Shown: in pieces, positions 10,987-23,933 of the stretch
Layout of the letters: each line of letters begins with the position of its first letter
Numbering within the stretch: position 1 is the first letter of the stretch
Assembly (NCBI GenBank): GCA_977016875.1
Contig: CDRNST010000191.1
Location: 1,054,001-1,118,000, forward strand
DNA: 64,000 nt
From: Pavona decussata
Lineage: Eukaryota
Direction of reading: 5' to 3'
The notes under the pieces: model-generated
What the model was told of the DNA's origin: nothing
Seen by the model: only the letters and a program-made list of their open reading frames with translations
The model's database searches: none
Position numbers and translations under genes: made by a program

Positions 10987-11455
10987 CGCGCATGTCTCGC
11001 GCGAACAATTGAATATAATGAACGTGTTCAACCAAACTAGAACAAGGGTCGCGGTTGTATTCACGGTAGATAGCGAGCGCTAGAGTACGACGCAGTAAAA
11101 AAAACTTAACCCAAGTAAAGGAAATATTCAAAATGTCAGATAAGTGCGAATAGTATTGGATAAATGCAATACAGTTTAAAACTGTAACTAATATCCTTTT
11201 TGTTCATTATAATGCGACTGCAGTTCAATATGAGAGGATACGCGAAAAAATAGCATGCACAACCTTTAAAAATAGCGATTGTATAGTTTGCCCTAAAATG
11301 AACTATCTGCTACCTGGTCTGTGCCTAGAAGCTGTTTCGCTTAGAATATTGTTACAAAAGTGAAAAAAAAAAACTTTCCAACAGTATTATTTTATGAGAA
11401 TTATGTATTCAGTGAGTGACACAGGCATACTCGGAAAATTAAAAAGGAAATCCGA

Positions 11456-11533
11456 GTGCTCCCATCAGGAGTCGAACCTAAGACCTTCCGATTGCTAGAA
11501 CTTGGGATGCTCTACCACTGAGCTAAAGGAGAC
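11456..11533 (-). mobile_element. tRNA-derived SINE-like repeat (pol III A/B boxes)
   Basis: Reverse strand reads TAGCTCAGTGGTAGAGC...GGTTCGACTCC. The acceptor and anticodon stems are imperfect, so a SINE or tRNA pseudogene is more likely than a tRNA. The element probably extends over ~11415-11640. Confidence 0.7.
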
Positions 11534-12439
11534 CATTAAACTAGGTTCATGCGACAAACATCCTGCGTACTGCTAGGATTTGAATGTCGATGTGGGGCAT
11601 ATGCGCAATGAAATAAATGTGAGGGTATGTTTTAAGCCTAAATTGTAGTACTATTTTAGTAGTTTAGTATTTGCTGATATAAAAAATAATAATATGGCTA
11701 CTGATATTGATCAATATTAAGGCAAAGGAAGAGGATATTTAGCGAAGCTGGAGATGATTGCATCTGAGATGCTCAAAAGTTATTTGGCGTGTTTGAAACA
11801 AAAAACAAATTGTTTTTCTTATGGTGTAGTACGCTCAAATATTTTTGCTTCTAATTCAGATTGGTGAGTTCTATCGCCATGACTGATATTTTGAGAGATC
11901 AATCAATATTCGAGATGAATGAAATAAGAGTGGTCTCTGATTGACAGATTTGGCAAAACACCACGTTATATTTTATTACTGATCAATCGATTTATCCGAT
12001 TGATCGATTACTTGATTGATTGACGGAATAATGGCTTGATTTTTACCCCCAAAAGCATGCTGGTAACAGCAATTCGCTGACAATGAACACTAAACAATGT
12101 AATAAACCGTTCAAGACGGTTCTAAGATTTGAGTCTGAAGTCCTAATATAAAGTGTAATCGTTTTTTCTGAAAACTATCGAGCTGTGACTTTACGTACTG
12201 CTGCCTATTTTTCGATAATTTCACAACTTTTGACCATCAGGATATTACAAGGCAGCACAGTTGTGATTGTTTTAACTAAGTTTCATATCATGTACCCTCT
12301 TCATCAGCCGTCTAAAAGTCTAGAGTCCTTGACAAAACTATTAAAGCTGAGAGGCTCTTCGGATGAGTGAAGGATATCATGCAATCTATTAACGTGAATA
12401 GCAACCTCACGGGGTGCCGCGGGCAGAAATGCGATATAA

Positions 12440-12798
12440 GGCCCTGTTCGCACTAAAACGAAAATTTGAGTTTAGCGTTTACAAAAACAATGAAAATTTT
12501 GTAATCACCAATTTAATTGTTTTCGTAATCCTGTTCGCACATGAAGATGCGAATTTTTAGTGACAGAAGTCAATTATTAACTTGATCAATTTACCATCAA
12601 GATGTCGTGGCATGTTTGTCGGTGCGAAATTTGATGACCCAGTGACGGATGGATGTCAAGGAACAAAGGATTTTCTCGCCTGACAAAATTTTTACAGCCT
12701 CCAAAGCTAGTCAACGGACCGTTCGCACTAGAAATGGCTTCGCGTTGACAGGTTTTTTTGGCAAATCAAACAAAGTTTCGCGTAGTGCGAACAGGCCC
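12440..12798. mobile_element. MITE, PIF/Harbinger-like ends
   Basis: TIR GGCCCTGTTCGCACTA / TAGTGCGAACAGGCCC (15/16). Internal copies of GTTCGCAC at ~12533 and ~12721. Flanks are TA-rich but the TSD is not exact. Confidence 0.7.
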
Positions 12799-13413
12799 TT
12801 TAAGTGTTTGAGCAACATTGTTATGGTGGCACTAAACATCTGGGTACACTATCTATATATCTACTTCAGTAACCACCAGCTTGAGGAATTCAGCAGATAT
12901 AAATATCTTGATGTTTTCGTGTGGATAGCGCTCTTACATGAAATGACCATCTGATCTATGAATAGAAGGTCGATCCCAAGCTTTGCTTCAGTTGGACCGA
13001 TTGTCCAGTTTGTTTCCTAGGGTCACACTGTTGGATTCAATGGTTTAAAACAGGAGAACATGTTCCCAAGTCATACGCAAAAAAATAAAGGACTCCTGAC
13101 TTTAAAAAGTCGTAGGCACCTTAGTTTTCAACTTACCTTTGGAATTGTTTACAACTTCCAGTGTCCAGAGCAGCTGATGTCTTTTCTTCTAATAGCTCTA
13201 GTCTCCATAATAAAACTCTTAGAGATAAAACATTGATGACTTAACCTACCAAGAGCGGAGGCATTGTCTGTCCAAACAATTACAGCTAGAGACTATATGA
13301 ACTATATGAAGGACGCTATATAACTTTACTACACACTGTTAAGTCTAGTATGAAATGGAACACCAATGTACCGCTTCGTGAGGTTTTTAATACCTTTATA
13401 ATACAGTTTTAAT

Positions 13414-13563
13414 TCTTTTGTTCCCTCTTGGGATCATGTGATAATAAAGTTTACAGTTTTACAGTTTATAGTTTTTATCGCTGTAAATAAGTGAACATTT
13501 TATTACATTTTAACACTTTGACATAGTCCAGCCTTAACGGCTGTACCGTGTCGACTGAAACAT

Positions 13564-13601
<38 letters not shown>

Positions 13602-13950
13602 ACAGTATGAATGAAGCTCTTATATCTTCCATATCTTATATTAATCTCTTTTATATTCTATAAACTGGAATATAATACATCAACTTATCTTTTGTTCCCT
13701 CTTGGGATCATGTGATAATAAAGTTTACAGTTTTACAGTTAATTCTTTTTATTGCTGTAAATAAGTGAACATTTTATTACATTTTAACACTTTAACATAG
13801 TTCAGCCTTAACGGCTGTACCTTGTCGGCTGACACATTTGTTCGTTTGTTGTTGTTGTTGCAGTATGAATGAAGCTCTTATATCTTCTACCGTTTATCTA
13901 ATATTAATCTCTTTTATTTTCTATAAACAGGAATATAATACATAAACGTA
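13414..13950. repeat. Tandem duplication of a ~275-bp unit containing a (GTT)n microsatellite
   Basis: TTTTGTTCCCTCTTGGGATCATGTGATAATAAAG starts at ~13416 and again at ~13690. The units are near-identical except for (GTT)n length. Confidence 0.9.
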
Positions 13951-13980
13951 TCAATTGTTCCATTCAAATTTCGCAGAGTT

Positions 13981-14931
13981 TTATTCTTTTTCTAATGGCG
14001 CTATTCGCCGAGATTTAAACTGACATACTCGTGTACATCCGAGAATCTTTCGGAAAATTGCAGCGTATGTTTCGCTAAAGTTACGCATCCTTGATCCATA
14101 GATCAGAAAGTTCATGGCTGAGTTGGCCAGAGTCACCGTCCTGATCCAAAAGTGGGCCAATCCGTATCTGTTGACCAGTGGTTTCTGAGTGGAAACGAAG
14201 ACGATGAAGAGTGGAAACCAACAGACAGTGAAAACTGCTATCACTATCGCCAGAGTGAAAGCAGTACGAGCTTCAGAGCGTGAGTTGGCGGCGTTAGAAG
14301 GATGAGCATTCATCTGGTCTCTTATCCGTTTTTGACGCACGAGTGAAATCACAATTAGCGTGTATGACACAAAAATGATTACGTAACAGAGGATGAAGAT
14401 CGCTAGGTGAAGAAATCCTTTCACTGGAGCTGTTGCTGGCAGGAAAATGGCAATAAAAAAGAGTGCAATTGTTAATGACCAACTCGCTATCAGTATTGCT
14501 TTGATTCCCACATTCTGCATGACAGTTTTATGGCAAATAGGGAACACAACGGCGATAAAACGGTCAATGCTGATTGCAGACATATGCACGACTGAAGCCG
14601 CCGCGGAGAAGTTAGAGATGAACAAGTATACACGCTCCACGCTCCACACACAATCATTGTAAAAGGTTCTCCTGGCCAAAATGTTCAGAAACAGCGGTTC
14701 GCAGATCAGGGAGGCAATCAAATCAGCTACGGCTAAGCTCACCAGAAGGTAATTAGAGCATCGGCGAAGACGAGCATTTGTAGCTACAGCCATGCAAACC
14801 AGTAAGTTGCCGAGTGTTCCTAACAAACCCACCAAAGTATTGGTTGTGATCAGGACAGTGCCATGAGCTACAGGAAGGGAGCAGACATCTAAGGAGACAT
14901 TAGAAGGATTACTGTTGTTTGAGTAATTCAT
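13981..14931 (-). CDS. Class A GPCR, cluster member 2
   Basis: Motifs GN, SLAVAD, DRF, CWFP and NSAMNFLIY. ATG (MNYS) at 14931. Confidence 0.92.
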   Translation of the reverse strand: MNYSNNSNPSNVSLDVCSLPVAHGTVLITTNTLVGLLGTLGNLLVCMAVATNARLRRCSNYLLVSLAVADLIASLICEPLFLNILARRTFYNDCVWSVERVYLFISNFSAAASVVHMSAISIDRFIAVVFPICHKTVMQNVGIKAILIASWSLTIALFFIAIFLPATAPVKGFLHLAIFILCYVIIFVSYTLIVISLVRQKRIRDQMNAHPSNAANSRSEARTAFTLAIVIAVFTVCWFPLFIVFVSTQKPLVNRYGLAHFWIRTVTLANSAMNFLIYGSRMRNFSETYAAIFRKILGCTRVCQFKSRRIAPLEKE

Positions 14932-16834
14932 GGTACAAGTCACCAAGTACAGCAAAATTGAGAGTGAAAATCAGTGGAGCTGTTTTTTTGCTGAAAACGG
15001 AGACACCTCAGCGCCAGCATAAAACTGATTGCGTTCTTCGGCGAAAAACTTTTATAACATAGGCGCGGTGAACAGTTAATTAGCGTGATACCATTTGTTT
15101 CAAAATCAGCTGGAGGCAGTGTGCTTTTAAATTGAAAGCATTTAAATTGTCTATTTAGCACAGCGGTCCGGAAAAATAGATTTGTAACCCTCAGAGCCTT
15201 TAAGTGGGTTTTACAGCATTATATTGCATAGTCAGCCGGCACTTAATTAAATACGTCTTCTGTGCTAAAAAGGAGAACTTGCGTCATTGATCTGTGAGTG
15301 GTTTGATTCGGTAGTTTCATATCTGTATTTCTAGTTTATACGTTAGCAGCTTAACAGAGGTCTGAGATAAGCTTATTTTTAAAACCTAGAGACCCAAAAT
15401 ATATTTTGGATATTAGGGGCCTGAAAGCAGCAATCGCGACGGAAGCGCAACTTCAAAGTAGGTACAGACAACCTCTATTGGAAAATATAGGTTCTCTGAG
15501 ATGCTATTTCCTACTTAAATGCTTTTTACTAACAATAAAAAGATATTAATATACATCAAGGTACAAAGATGAAAATTCCCGTTCGTTTGATCGGTAATAA
15601 ATTAAAAGAATATCTGTCCGAAACTTCCAGGACCCAAAGGGAGCTGCGGTCAACTTTTGCTTGTCCCCAAATCCGAGTATGGAGTCTGCCTTTGTCGGGG
15701 TTCGCTTCTGTTAGCTTACATATAAAACAACTGAAGAACATATTAGTAAATGAAATCTCTTGTGATGTGCACATTACAATACCGCCCCTTTTTATCAAAT
15801 CCAACTTAGTTTGATTAGTTCTATTCAATTCGATTAGGCTTAAATTTGGTAATGGCACTGACAGTAATGTGCACGTGAATCAAAGAAAGCCGACTATCGA
15901 TCGCGATTTAAATTTCCAACTCTTGATCAGTAAGTGAACCTTCTTCTCTTATGGATCTTGGTCCCTTACGGAAGTTTGATTTGTGAATATACCTGAACTA
16001 AATTCAGGAACGTTTCTGAATAAAAAAGAAGAAAATTAGTCCACTTATTATGTTCTCTTAGCCGGTTTGGTTATTAAACTCACTTCACAGTTCGTTTCGT
16101 TCAATTACGTAAGAGGCCGAATCAGTTAATCTTTCAATTAGTCCATTCCATTTGATTATTGTTTCCCTTGACATCGTTCGATTAGGTACACAAGGAATCT
16201 CAGGGAGAGTGACTGTGCGACAGGCATAAGAACACCCTTCCCTGCATATGTTAATGCATTAGTTATCAATTTGACAATCCATGAGATAAGTAAGACGTCT
16301 CGGCCATGGGTCATGCAGACCATGTTTGCAAATGGAAATTCCTTCCTCACAAAAAATAATGCCCTCATTCTTTATACATGATAAGCCTTCTAAAATTAAA
16401 TGTTCTCTTTATTTGTGTCCTCTAGACGTAAAGAATGTTCCATTATTGTTCTTATCCTGGATTCAGGCTACATTATCGGGTTTCTTTCGAAAATTAGGCT
16501 TTTTTTTTTCGTATGGATCAACATCCTGTTTAGCAAAGAAACTGGGTGTCACTGCAGGTTGCCCTTCCGTTTTGTTTCCTGTGAAAATATGATTATGCCG
16601 ACATTTTCCCTAATTTGAAGGTCAATTATTGATATTTGACGTTCTGTGTTTCAACTTTCTTTCACAAAAAAGTGGACCCGCTTCCTGAAGGTTTCTTTTA
16701 TAACCATATTTGGTCAAAACGGAATACATACGTTAATTACTTTTTTTAAAATTTCCTCACAATTGACTCTTTGACTGAAGGGAAGACCCGAACCAAGAAA
16801 TACAAACATACTTCGACACTGACAATTCAGTTAA

Positions 16835-17189
16835 AGGTATCACGCAAATTTGCTGTCATTTCAAAACCCAAAAATGTTTGTTTGTCAGCAGAAACAAATA
16901 AATAATTGTCAAGTTTGTTATGAATTATCACCCCAGTGCAATAAGACTGTCGATTAGTGCCTCTGGCCAGAGACAGAGTAGGCCGGTATCGATTGAAACT
17001 TGAAAAATGTTAGGCTAAGTTCTCGCATTTTTGTTTCCAAAATGCGCTAGAACAGATCACGGGTTGTTCCTTTCTAGAATTGAGTTTATTTCTTTCCTCT
17101 CGTCATTCTAGAATTATTTGGCAGCTGATTGAAGGTCTTATTTCCTCATTTTTAACAAAAGATACCAAAATCTCCATGATACTTCCCCT
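16835..17189. mobile_element. TTAA-flanked MITE (Kolobok-like), same family as 53621-53980, left TIR partly deleted
   Basis: TTAA-AGGTATCACG...CCATGATACTTCCCCT-TTAA. The body aligns visibly with 53621-53980. Confidence 0.8.
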
Positions 17190-17892
17190 TTAAGAGATCG
17201 GTGACTTCATCTCATCTTTCTCTAAGTTTTGGTTGACTGAGATATAAACTACCAGAAAAATGACGTGGAGGTCGTTGAAACTAGTGTCGCCTAACTCATG
17301 GTACAATACCGAGATCAGTGTATTGAGTGTAAATTTGTGGCCCATTGGCAATACATGTACAGTGATTAGCTAAAGGTGTCTCTAGGCGGAAGAAAAAATC
17401 TTTAGATATTCTCACTTTAGTAGTTTGCAAGCCCTTTTTCAGTTTCGCAATGTAAAGAAAGCCGCGAAAATAGAGATTATTTTCGAAAAGAAAATAATAA
17501 TCCGATTGATGTAACAACGCTTTGCGCTCTTATTTTCTTTGAAATCATGAAAATAAAAGCCCCCCAAAACACAGGCAGCTAAATGCTTTAAAACATTGGA
17601 GTCACCATCATGGCTTGGCTTCGCGAGCGAAGATCTAGAGTAGAGTTTAAAATATTAAAGCTTCCCGTAGTAAGTAAGTGTCAACAAAAATGATGCCGGA
17701 TTTTACCAATATAAATATGAAAAGTTTACATGGGTGTTAACCCACCCAAATCCTTGCCAGTAGGAGGCAGTCAGTTTTTAACTGACATGGCAGTTTTATA
17801 AGCAAATCGATGAATGATTACGGAGGCAAATTTGTTAAGGATTTTAGCCAGAATTTGGTTAAAAAAAACTACATGATGTAGACTGCAGTTGG

Positions 17893-18250
17893 ATGAAGAG
17901 TATACCAAATACGTCAAAATTTTGGCATACCACGTTTACAAAGAAGCACTGCTCAAATGACAAAGAACGAACCATGACAAACTCCAGTGCCTCACACAAC
18001 TTATGTTTTGTCACGAATGCGATTTGTACATCGTTGGAGAAGAGATGCGGCCTTACCGCTCTCAAAGAAGGCATCAGTAAATCGGAGTACAAAACATGTG
18101 CACTGTGTGGATGATGAAAGAACGATTGTTCTGGAGTTCCATCAGAAAGAAAGGAAATTGAATTCTCAATTGAAGAGAAGAAATACTATAAAACTGAAAG
18201 ACGAGCCAGCTACGACTCCCTACGGGCTATCAAAGCTGATGCAGAACTAG
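17893..18250 (+). pseudogene. Frameshifted paralog of the 23463-23933 orphan ORF
   Basis: Two overlapping ORFs (17893-18114 and 17987-18250) together align with the 23463 protein: TKKHC..KERT..NS and KH..CV..ERTIVLEF..KER. Confidence 0.55.
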
Positions 18251-19200
18251 AGTAATTGGACTTTTTAATATATGATCTGCATACAGACCACTGGACTGAA
18301 TTATTGTGACAAAGCTTTTATTGGCACAAACCAAGAGAATGGGATTGGTCATTTTACAATACAATACTTTATTGACACTCTACATTGGGGGTTTTTCGGT
18401 GACAATTTTACAATACATAAATTAATATTAAAACAATATTTACAATACAGAGTACCAACCAAAAAGGGCCTGGCGACTGAGCCACAGCACTGGACACTAA
18501 GTAGTGCTGGGACACGGAGCGTGCGCAGTAGGACGCAAGTGTTTTATAAGAAAATCTCACTTGCAATAAAGAAACGAAGGCAGCGTCGCACTAATGACAA
18601 TATTGAGCAAAGAACGTTGTAAACTTTCTAAGGACCAGTGGCAGCTATTTCTGTCAGTCAATTCGGTGAAATTTTGGCAGAACGGGTAATATTTAAAAAC
18701 AACCTTGCTTAACGCTGGACAACGCGCTTGTCCGTGCGATGTCAGTGCTACACCCCAACGTCACAGATGACCGTCCAGATACCCATTCCGTCGTAATTTA
18801 TGACTTTACTGTTCCTCCGAAACTATAACTTTGGTTGAAGAACGTGTTTTTGAAAGAAAAGAAATAATCGCAACATATGGCAACAAGCACAATCAAATTA
18901 TACGCTTCCACAATCGATTAATTACCTAGTTTAAAGCAGTGCCGAGTATCGCTTCTTAATCAATCTTGCGCCATCAGCTTTTCACAAATATTGGGTCTTT
19001 TTACTGACATGGTAATCAAAAGATATTTAATCCATTTCTTATACACGGTACAACCCATACTGGACCATCATAGAGGCCAATATTGTTATTATCAAAAACT
19101 TCTTATACACTGAAACGCTGTTAGTAATTGGACATTTTCCAAGACCGACGGGCAATTTATAGAACGCTGGATCTGAAAACAAGACGTTCACTTGGATGTT

Positions 19201-19250
<50 letters not shown>

Positions 19251-19451
19251 TTATTTCAATAATTTAAAGTTTAACAAATTTGAAAAATGTACAACCCGCA
19301 TATAGCAAAGCTAATCGAGGTGGTTTGTATAACTTAAACTGAATTAAGCAAAACAGGTTATAAGTAAAACTAAGTAAATAAATAGAATAAATAGGTATAT
19401 ACACATGCGTTCACAGATAGTTAGTATTTACATGAAAAGGACGTTATAGTA

Positions 19452-19496
<45 letters not shown>

Positions 19497-20275
19497 GCTA
19501 GAGATAGGTTAATAATAATTTGTAATTTTTAACAGTAACGTAGAGACAACAACATAATCATCCTCATTGTCAAGTACAGCAAGTAAAAATTGGTGAATTT
19601 TATTTTTGAAAGTTTTTTTCCTAAGTTTACGTAGATCATGCTTCAGGGAATTCCACAACTTAGCTCCGAAAATGGAAAACGAATTAAGTTGAATACTCAG
19701 TCTTGATTTATTGACAGATAGATTGCCAGCATCAGAAAATCTAGTGTTATATGTATGAACGTCAGATGAACAGGTAAAAAGATCACAGATATTCTGAGGC
19801 GCAGAGTTGGTAGATATGTCGTGCATAAGAGAACATACTGTTTCAAGGTAAAGCATATTGAGTGGTAAGACATTAGCAGAGATAAACAAAGGAATAGCAT
19901 GGAATCTATTACCAGCAAAGAACATTAGCTGAAGAGCTCGTTTTTGCAAGATAAAGACCTTCCTCAAATAGACCTGTGCAGATTGGCCCCAGGCAGCAAT
20001 TCCGTAGTACGTATATGGGAAAATCAGAGAACGGTAAATTTGGATTAAGGAACAGAGTGCCCTAATCGTGCAATAATTCCAACAACCCTGCTAATTTTAG
20101 AGGCAATGTGGTCGATATGATATTTCCAGGTTAAGTTTTTATCGATGAGCACACCCAGGAACTTTGCATAATCTTTGCATTTAAGAAAAATATCACTATT
20201 TGAGGCTTTATTGTGTATTCTTATATTAATCATTCTGATAGCTAAACTTTTTTTGTGATGGCCTAAAAATGACAA
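19201..20275 (-). mobile_element. 5'-truncated non-LTR retrotransposon (CR1/L2/Crack-like) with (TGAT)n tail
   Basis: RT C-terminal motifs KFLGVLIDKNLTWKYHIDHIASKISR, IYRSLIFPY..YG..AWG, LQKRAL and HTYNTR, broken by a frameshift. The 3' tail is the (ATCA)n run at 19201-19247. Confidence 0.88.
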
Positions 20276-20680
20276 AATGTTATTTAAAAAGTTGTAAAAA
20301 CTTAGGAAGAAACTACAAATCTCTAAAAAAATAAAGGAAACTTTAAGTGAGAAGATTAAGAATAAATAAAATTTTCTTTTTTTTTTTACGCATGTACAAA
20401 CGGATATTACGCGTTAATGTTGTTGCCGGAGTATAAGTGTTTCAGAATTAAAGTATCTTTGGCCTTCTTTTCCTATATACAAGTGTGTCACGAATTCAAC
20501 TTAAATATGTCATAGCGAGCAGACAAACACTTGTGAAAGATTGACCTAGTTTTGACATTAAACGAAACCAATATTTCATGCTTGCTTATGCAAGCAACTG
20601 AAAACAGATTTTCTTCGTTTGGTATTCCCGCCTCTCAAGTCCAAAGCGCCAGTCCGAAAGCTAATGTTAACCATTGAATT

Positions 20681-21589
20681 ATGAATTGCTCGTTGGAAAA
20701 CACAAGAAATTCGTCCTCCGAAGATGACTGTTACCTTTCGATAGCTCACGGTATTTCTCTGATCACAACCAATGCTATAATTTGTGTTGTGGGAACACTC
20801 GGCAACTTAATGGTTTGCATGGCTGTCGCTACAAATCCTCGTCTTCGCCGAAGCTCGAACTACCTCATGTTCAGCTTAGCCATCGCTGATTTGATCGTCA
20901 CCATGATCTGCGAGCCTCTCCTACTCAAAATCTTCAGCAAGAGAACCTTCTTCTATGACTGCACAACAAGAAGTCTGGAACTTCCGTACAAAATTTTAAC
21001 CAACATTTCGTGTTCTGCCTCAGTTGTGCACTTGGCCGCAATCAGTGTGGACCGTTTCCTCGCTGTCTGTTTTCCTTTACGCCATGAAACCATCATGAAT
21101 AAGTGTGGATTATATACAATGCTGGTAGTGTCTTGGGGATTCCCGATTTCGGTTCCTATTTTGAATGTCGTTCTTCCAACGTCCCTTCTCAAAGCATTCT
21201 TGGCGGCCGGATCGTTCGCTTTAAGCTACATTATCATTATTTTGTCTTATTTGCTGATCATTGCATTTTTGTTCTACCTAAAGAAGAAAAAGAAGACGTT
21301 GAGAGCTCGACCACGATCTGGTGATATGAATTTCCGTGTGGAAGTGCGTGTTGCATGCACGCTCGCCATAGTCATAGGTGTATTCACCGTATGTTGGGTG
21401 CCAGTGATGACCGCCTTGTTTGCCACCGGTAAACCACTCTTAAAGAGGAACGGACCTACCCACATGTGGCTCCGCACTCTCGCTCTGTCAAACTCTGCTA
21501 TGAACTTTCTCATTTATACCGCAAGAATACCTGACTTTCGTGATGCTTACGCCAGGGTATGCAGAAAGGTGTCATCAGTGAAGTTTTGA
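20681..21589 (+). CDS. Class A GPCR, cluster member 3
   Basis: Motifs GN, SLAIAD, DRF, CWVP and SNSAMNFLIY. Confidence 0.93.
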   Translation: MNCSLENTRNSSSEDDCYLSIAHGISLITTNAIICVVGTLGNLMVCMAVATNPRLRRSSNYLMFSLAIADLIVTMICEPLLLKIFSKRTFFYDCTTRSLELPYKILTNISCSASVVHLAAISVDRFLAVCFPLRHETIMNKCGLYTMLVVSWGFPISVPILNVVLPTSLLKAFLAAGSFALSYIIIILSYLLIIAFLFYLKKKKKTLRARPRSGDMNFRVEVRVACTLAIVIGVFTVCWVPVMTALFATGKPLLKRNGPTHMWLRTLALSNSAMNFLIYTARIPDFRDAYARVCRKVSSVKF

Positions 21590-23462
21590 ATACTCAGTCA
21601 CGCCATTGACAATATACATGAATGTGCTATTCACAGGTGCATCTCGAGTAGCGAAGCTTTTTACCACGGATCTTCTTAGCAAGAAAATTTACTCTCTTGG
21701 ATCTACTCAGTCTCAGATCTGACGCAACATTACTGTCTGATGAAAGAGTAATAACAAGGAATATTTCGACAAAACGTTAGCTTTGCTATTATCCTTTCCT
21801 AGAAAAATATCGTTTTAGAGCTATTCTAAAAGAGTGAAAAAGTTACTAGGTTACTGTTTTGTTCTTTTTGCAGAAAGAACACTTAAATTTATTCCTATTT
21901 TTAATGGTTAGAAAAACAAAACGTTTGCTGAGATTTGTACAGACTGTATTTTAATAGAAACTTTGAGACTCGTGCCTTTTGCTTAGTTATTGAGAGAAAA
22001 GGGAGAAAAGTTGGTAGGCCGCACGCATCTTTATATTATTTATCGCGTTACAATCTTCAATCCATTTCTGTTGGCTTTACATGGGCTGCAGAACTGTTCC
22101 CATTTCATCGAGTTTATCATGTACGAGCCTGCTTGGTTTCTAAGATTTTACTTTGTAGAGAAGTTTCACATCTAGAATTTTTTTTCCAAATTATATGCTG
22201 AATTGAAACAGGAGCTTAACCTTAAGTAACGCTGAGTTTATTCTGAAATTCAAGTAACGTCGGGAAATTGTTATCGTCAACCCCTAAATATTTCACCTTT
22301 CCAATATTAATAGTGGCATTCTTATGAGTGAGTTGTGCCAAAGGTTTGGCTCTAGAAACTGATCTTTGTCTTTGTTATGTTATATGTTATAAATCTGCTC
22401 AATTCCTTCAAAATCTTTGCTCTATCTTCCATGTTAAAGGACTCCTTGTAAAAGGTAAGCTAAGGCCAAAATTGTTGGTTTCAGATACAGGAAACTCAGT
22501 ACTTATGAACTAATGACATGAGCTGACGTGAACAACAAATGCTATGATTGGTCAATAGTTGCCAAGGTGATGGTACCAGAGCAACGGTGTTGGACCTTTA
22601 GAAACTGACAGGAATTGAGAAAGTGCCAAGTTCAAATTAAATGGCTACATTTTCCATATTTTTGAAGCGCTGGAAAAGTCTACAGATACAAACCTCCAAT
22701 TATAGAAACCAGAAAAATTCAGGGAAACTGAAAAAAAAACTGTCAGAACTTAAGAAGATAAAAAATGGCGTGAAAGTCGTTTTTCGCAAATGAAACTACC
22801 ACCTTACGTCATGGTTGATACTGCTGAATTACAAGATCATTGTATGGAGTGCTAATTTGTAGCGCATTAGCACTACAGTGATAAGCTATGTCTCTATAAA
22901 GACAACACCCGGCCTTAGATATTCTCACTTAAACTCGCGAAAACAGAAGCTTTACTTTATGCAAAGAAATCCGCTTTTTCCGCTCTTATTTTTTCTGAAA
23001 TCGTGTTAGCCGTGAAATTAAGAACGCGTAAAAATTAGTTTTATTAAGGTGGCTAACTGCCTTTAAACAAAGCAACAGATCACTGAAATAAAATATAACT
23101 CCCTTCGTTTCTTTGTTGTAAACAGATTGTTAGCAGAGAAATTACACGGTGTAAAATAAGTGTCAATTTATGTCAAATGCTGCAAATAAAATATGTAAAG
23201 TAAGAGGAAAGTTTACATTGGCTAAAGTAAATTGTTTACTATACTACCTTACAAATTACCAACCCAAACTTATTCAACCAGTAACATTAAACACAGAGAA
23301 AGAAACAGTCTCATTATGAACTGGCTTGGCAACTGCAATTTTTGCTGCCAACCCGTGATGTATATGGACAAACGGAGTCAGATTACGCGAGCAAATTTCG
23401 TTTGTTTTGAACAGAATGTTGCAAAACAATGAGGCAATTCAATTGGATGAAGAGAACTGAAG

Positions 23463-23933
23463 ATGTCAAATCTTTCGCTCGCTGAGCTAACAAAGAAACA
23501 TTGCCCAATTGCCGAAAAGCGAACCACCGCAAACTCCAATACTCCACACAGAGAGCACAAAGAGAAAACTGTATTTTGTCGTAAATGCGGTTTGGACATC
23601 GTTGGAGAACGAATGCAGCTTTTGACGCTCCCAAAGAAAACATCAGCGGATCCAGATTCTAAACATGCGGACTGCGTGAGCAATGAAAGAACGATTGTTT
23701 TGGAGTTTTACAAGAAAGAAAGGGAAAATGAACTCTCAATTGATGAAGAGACGCACTCTCCAAGTACAATGGGAAAAAAACTGAAGGAGCCAGTAATGGC
23801 CCCCTTCCGGCTACCAAAACAGACTCAGAACTGGAGTGATAGTACGTATGATCGGCGTATGTCACAAAACCAAATCACTTATACTATGGAGTCACTTTCA
23901 TTGAAAGAAAACAAGAACGGGGCTTGCGACTGA
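23463..23933 (+). CDS. Orphan 156-aa protein co-duplicated with the GPCRs
   Basis: Intact ORF with a CRKC motif. A diverged paralogous copy at 17893-18250 retains protein-level similarity. Confidence 0.45.
   Translation: MSNLSLAELTKKHCPIAEKRTTANSNTPHREHKEKTVFCRKCGLDIVGERMQLLTLPKKTSADPDSKHADCVSNERTIVLEFYKKERENELSIDEETHSPSTMGKKLKEPVMAPFRLPKQTQNWSDSTYDRRMSQNQITYTMESLSLKENKNGACD

Noticed and set aside
11456-11533. Functional tRNA gene
   Set aside because: A and B boxes are present, but stem pairing and the anticodon arm are irregular; this fits a tRNA-derived SINE better.
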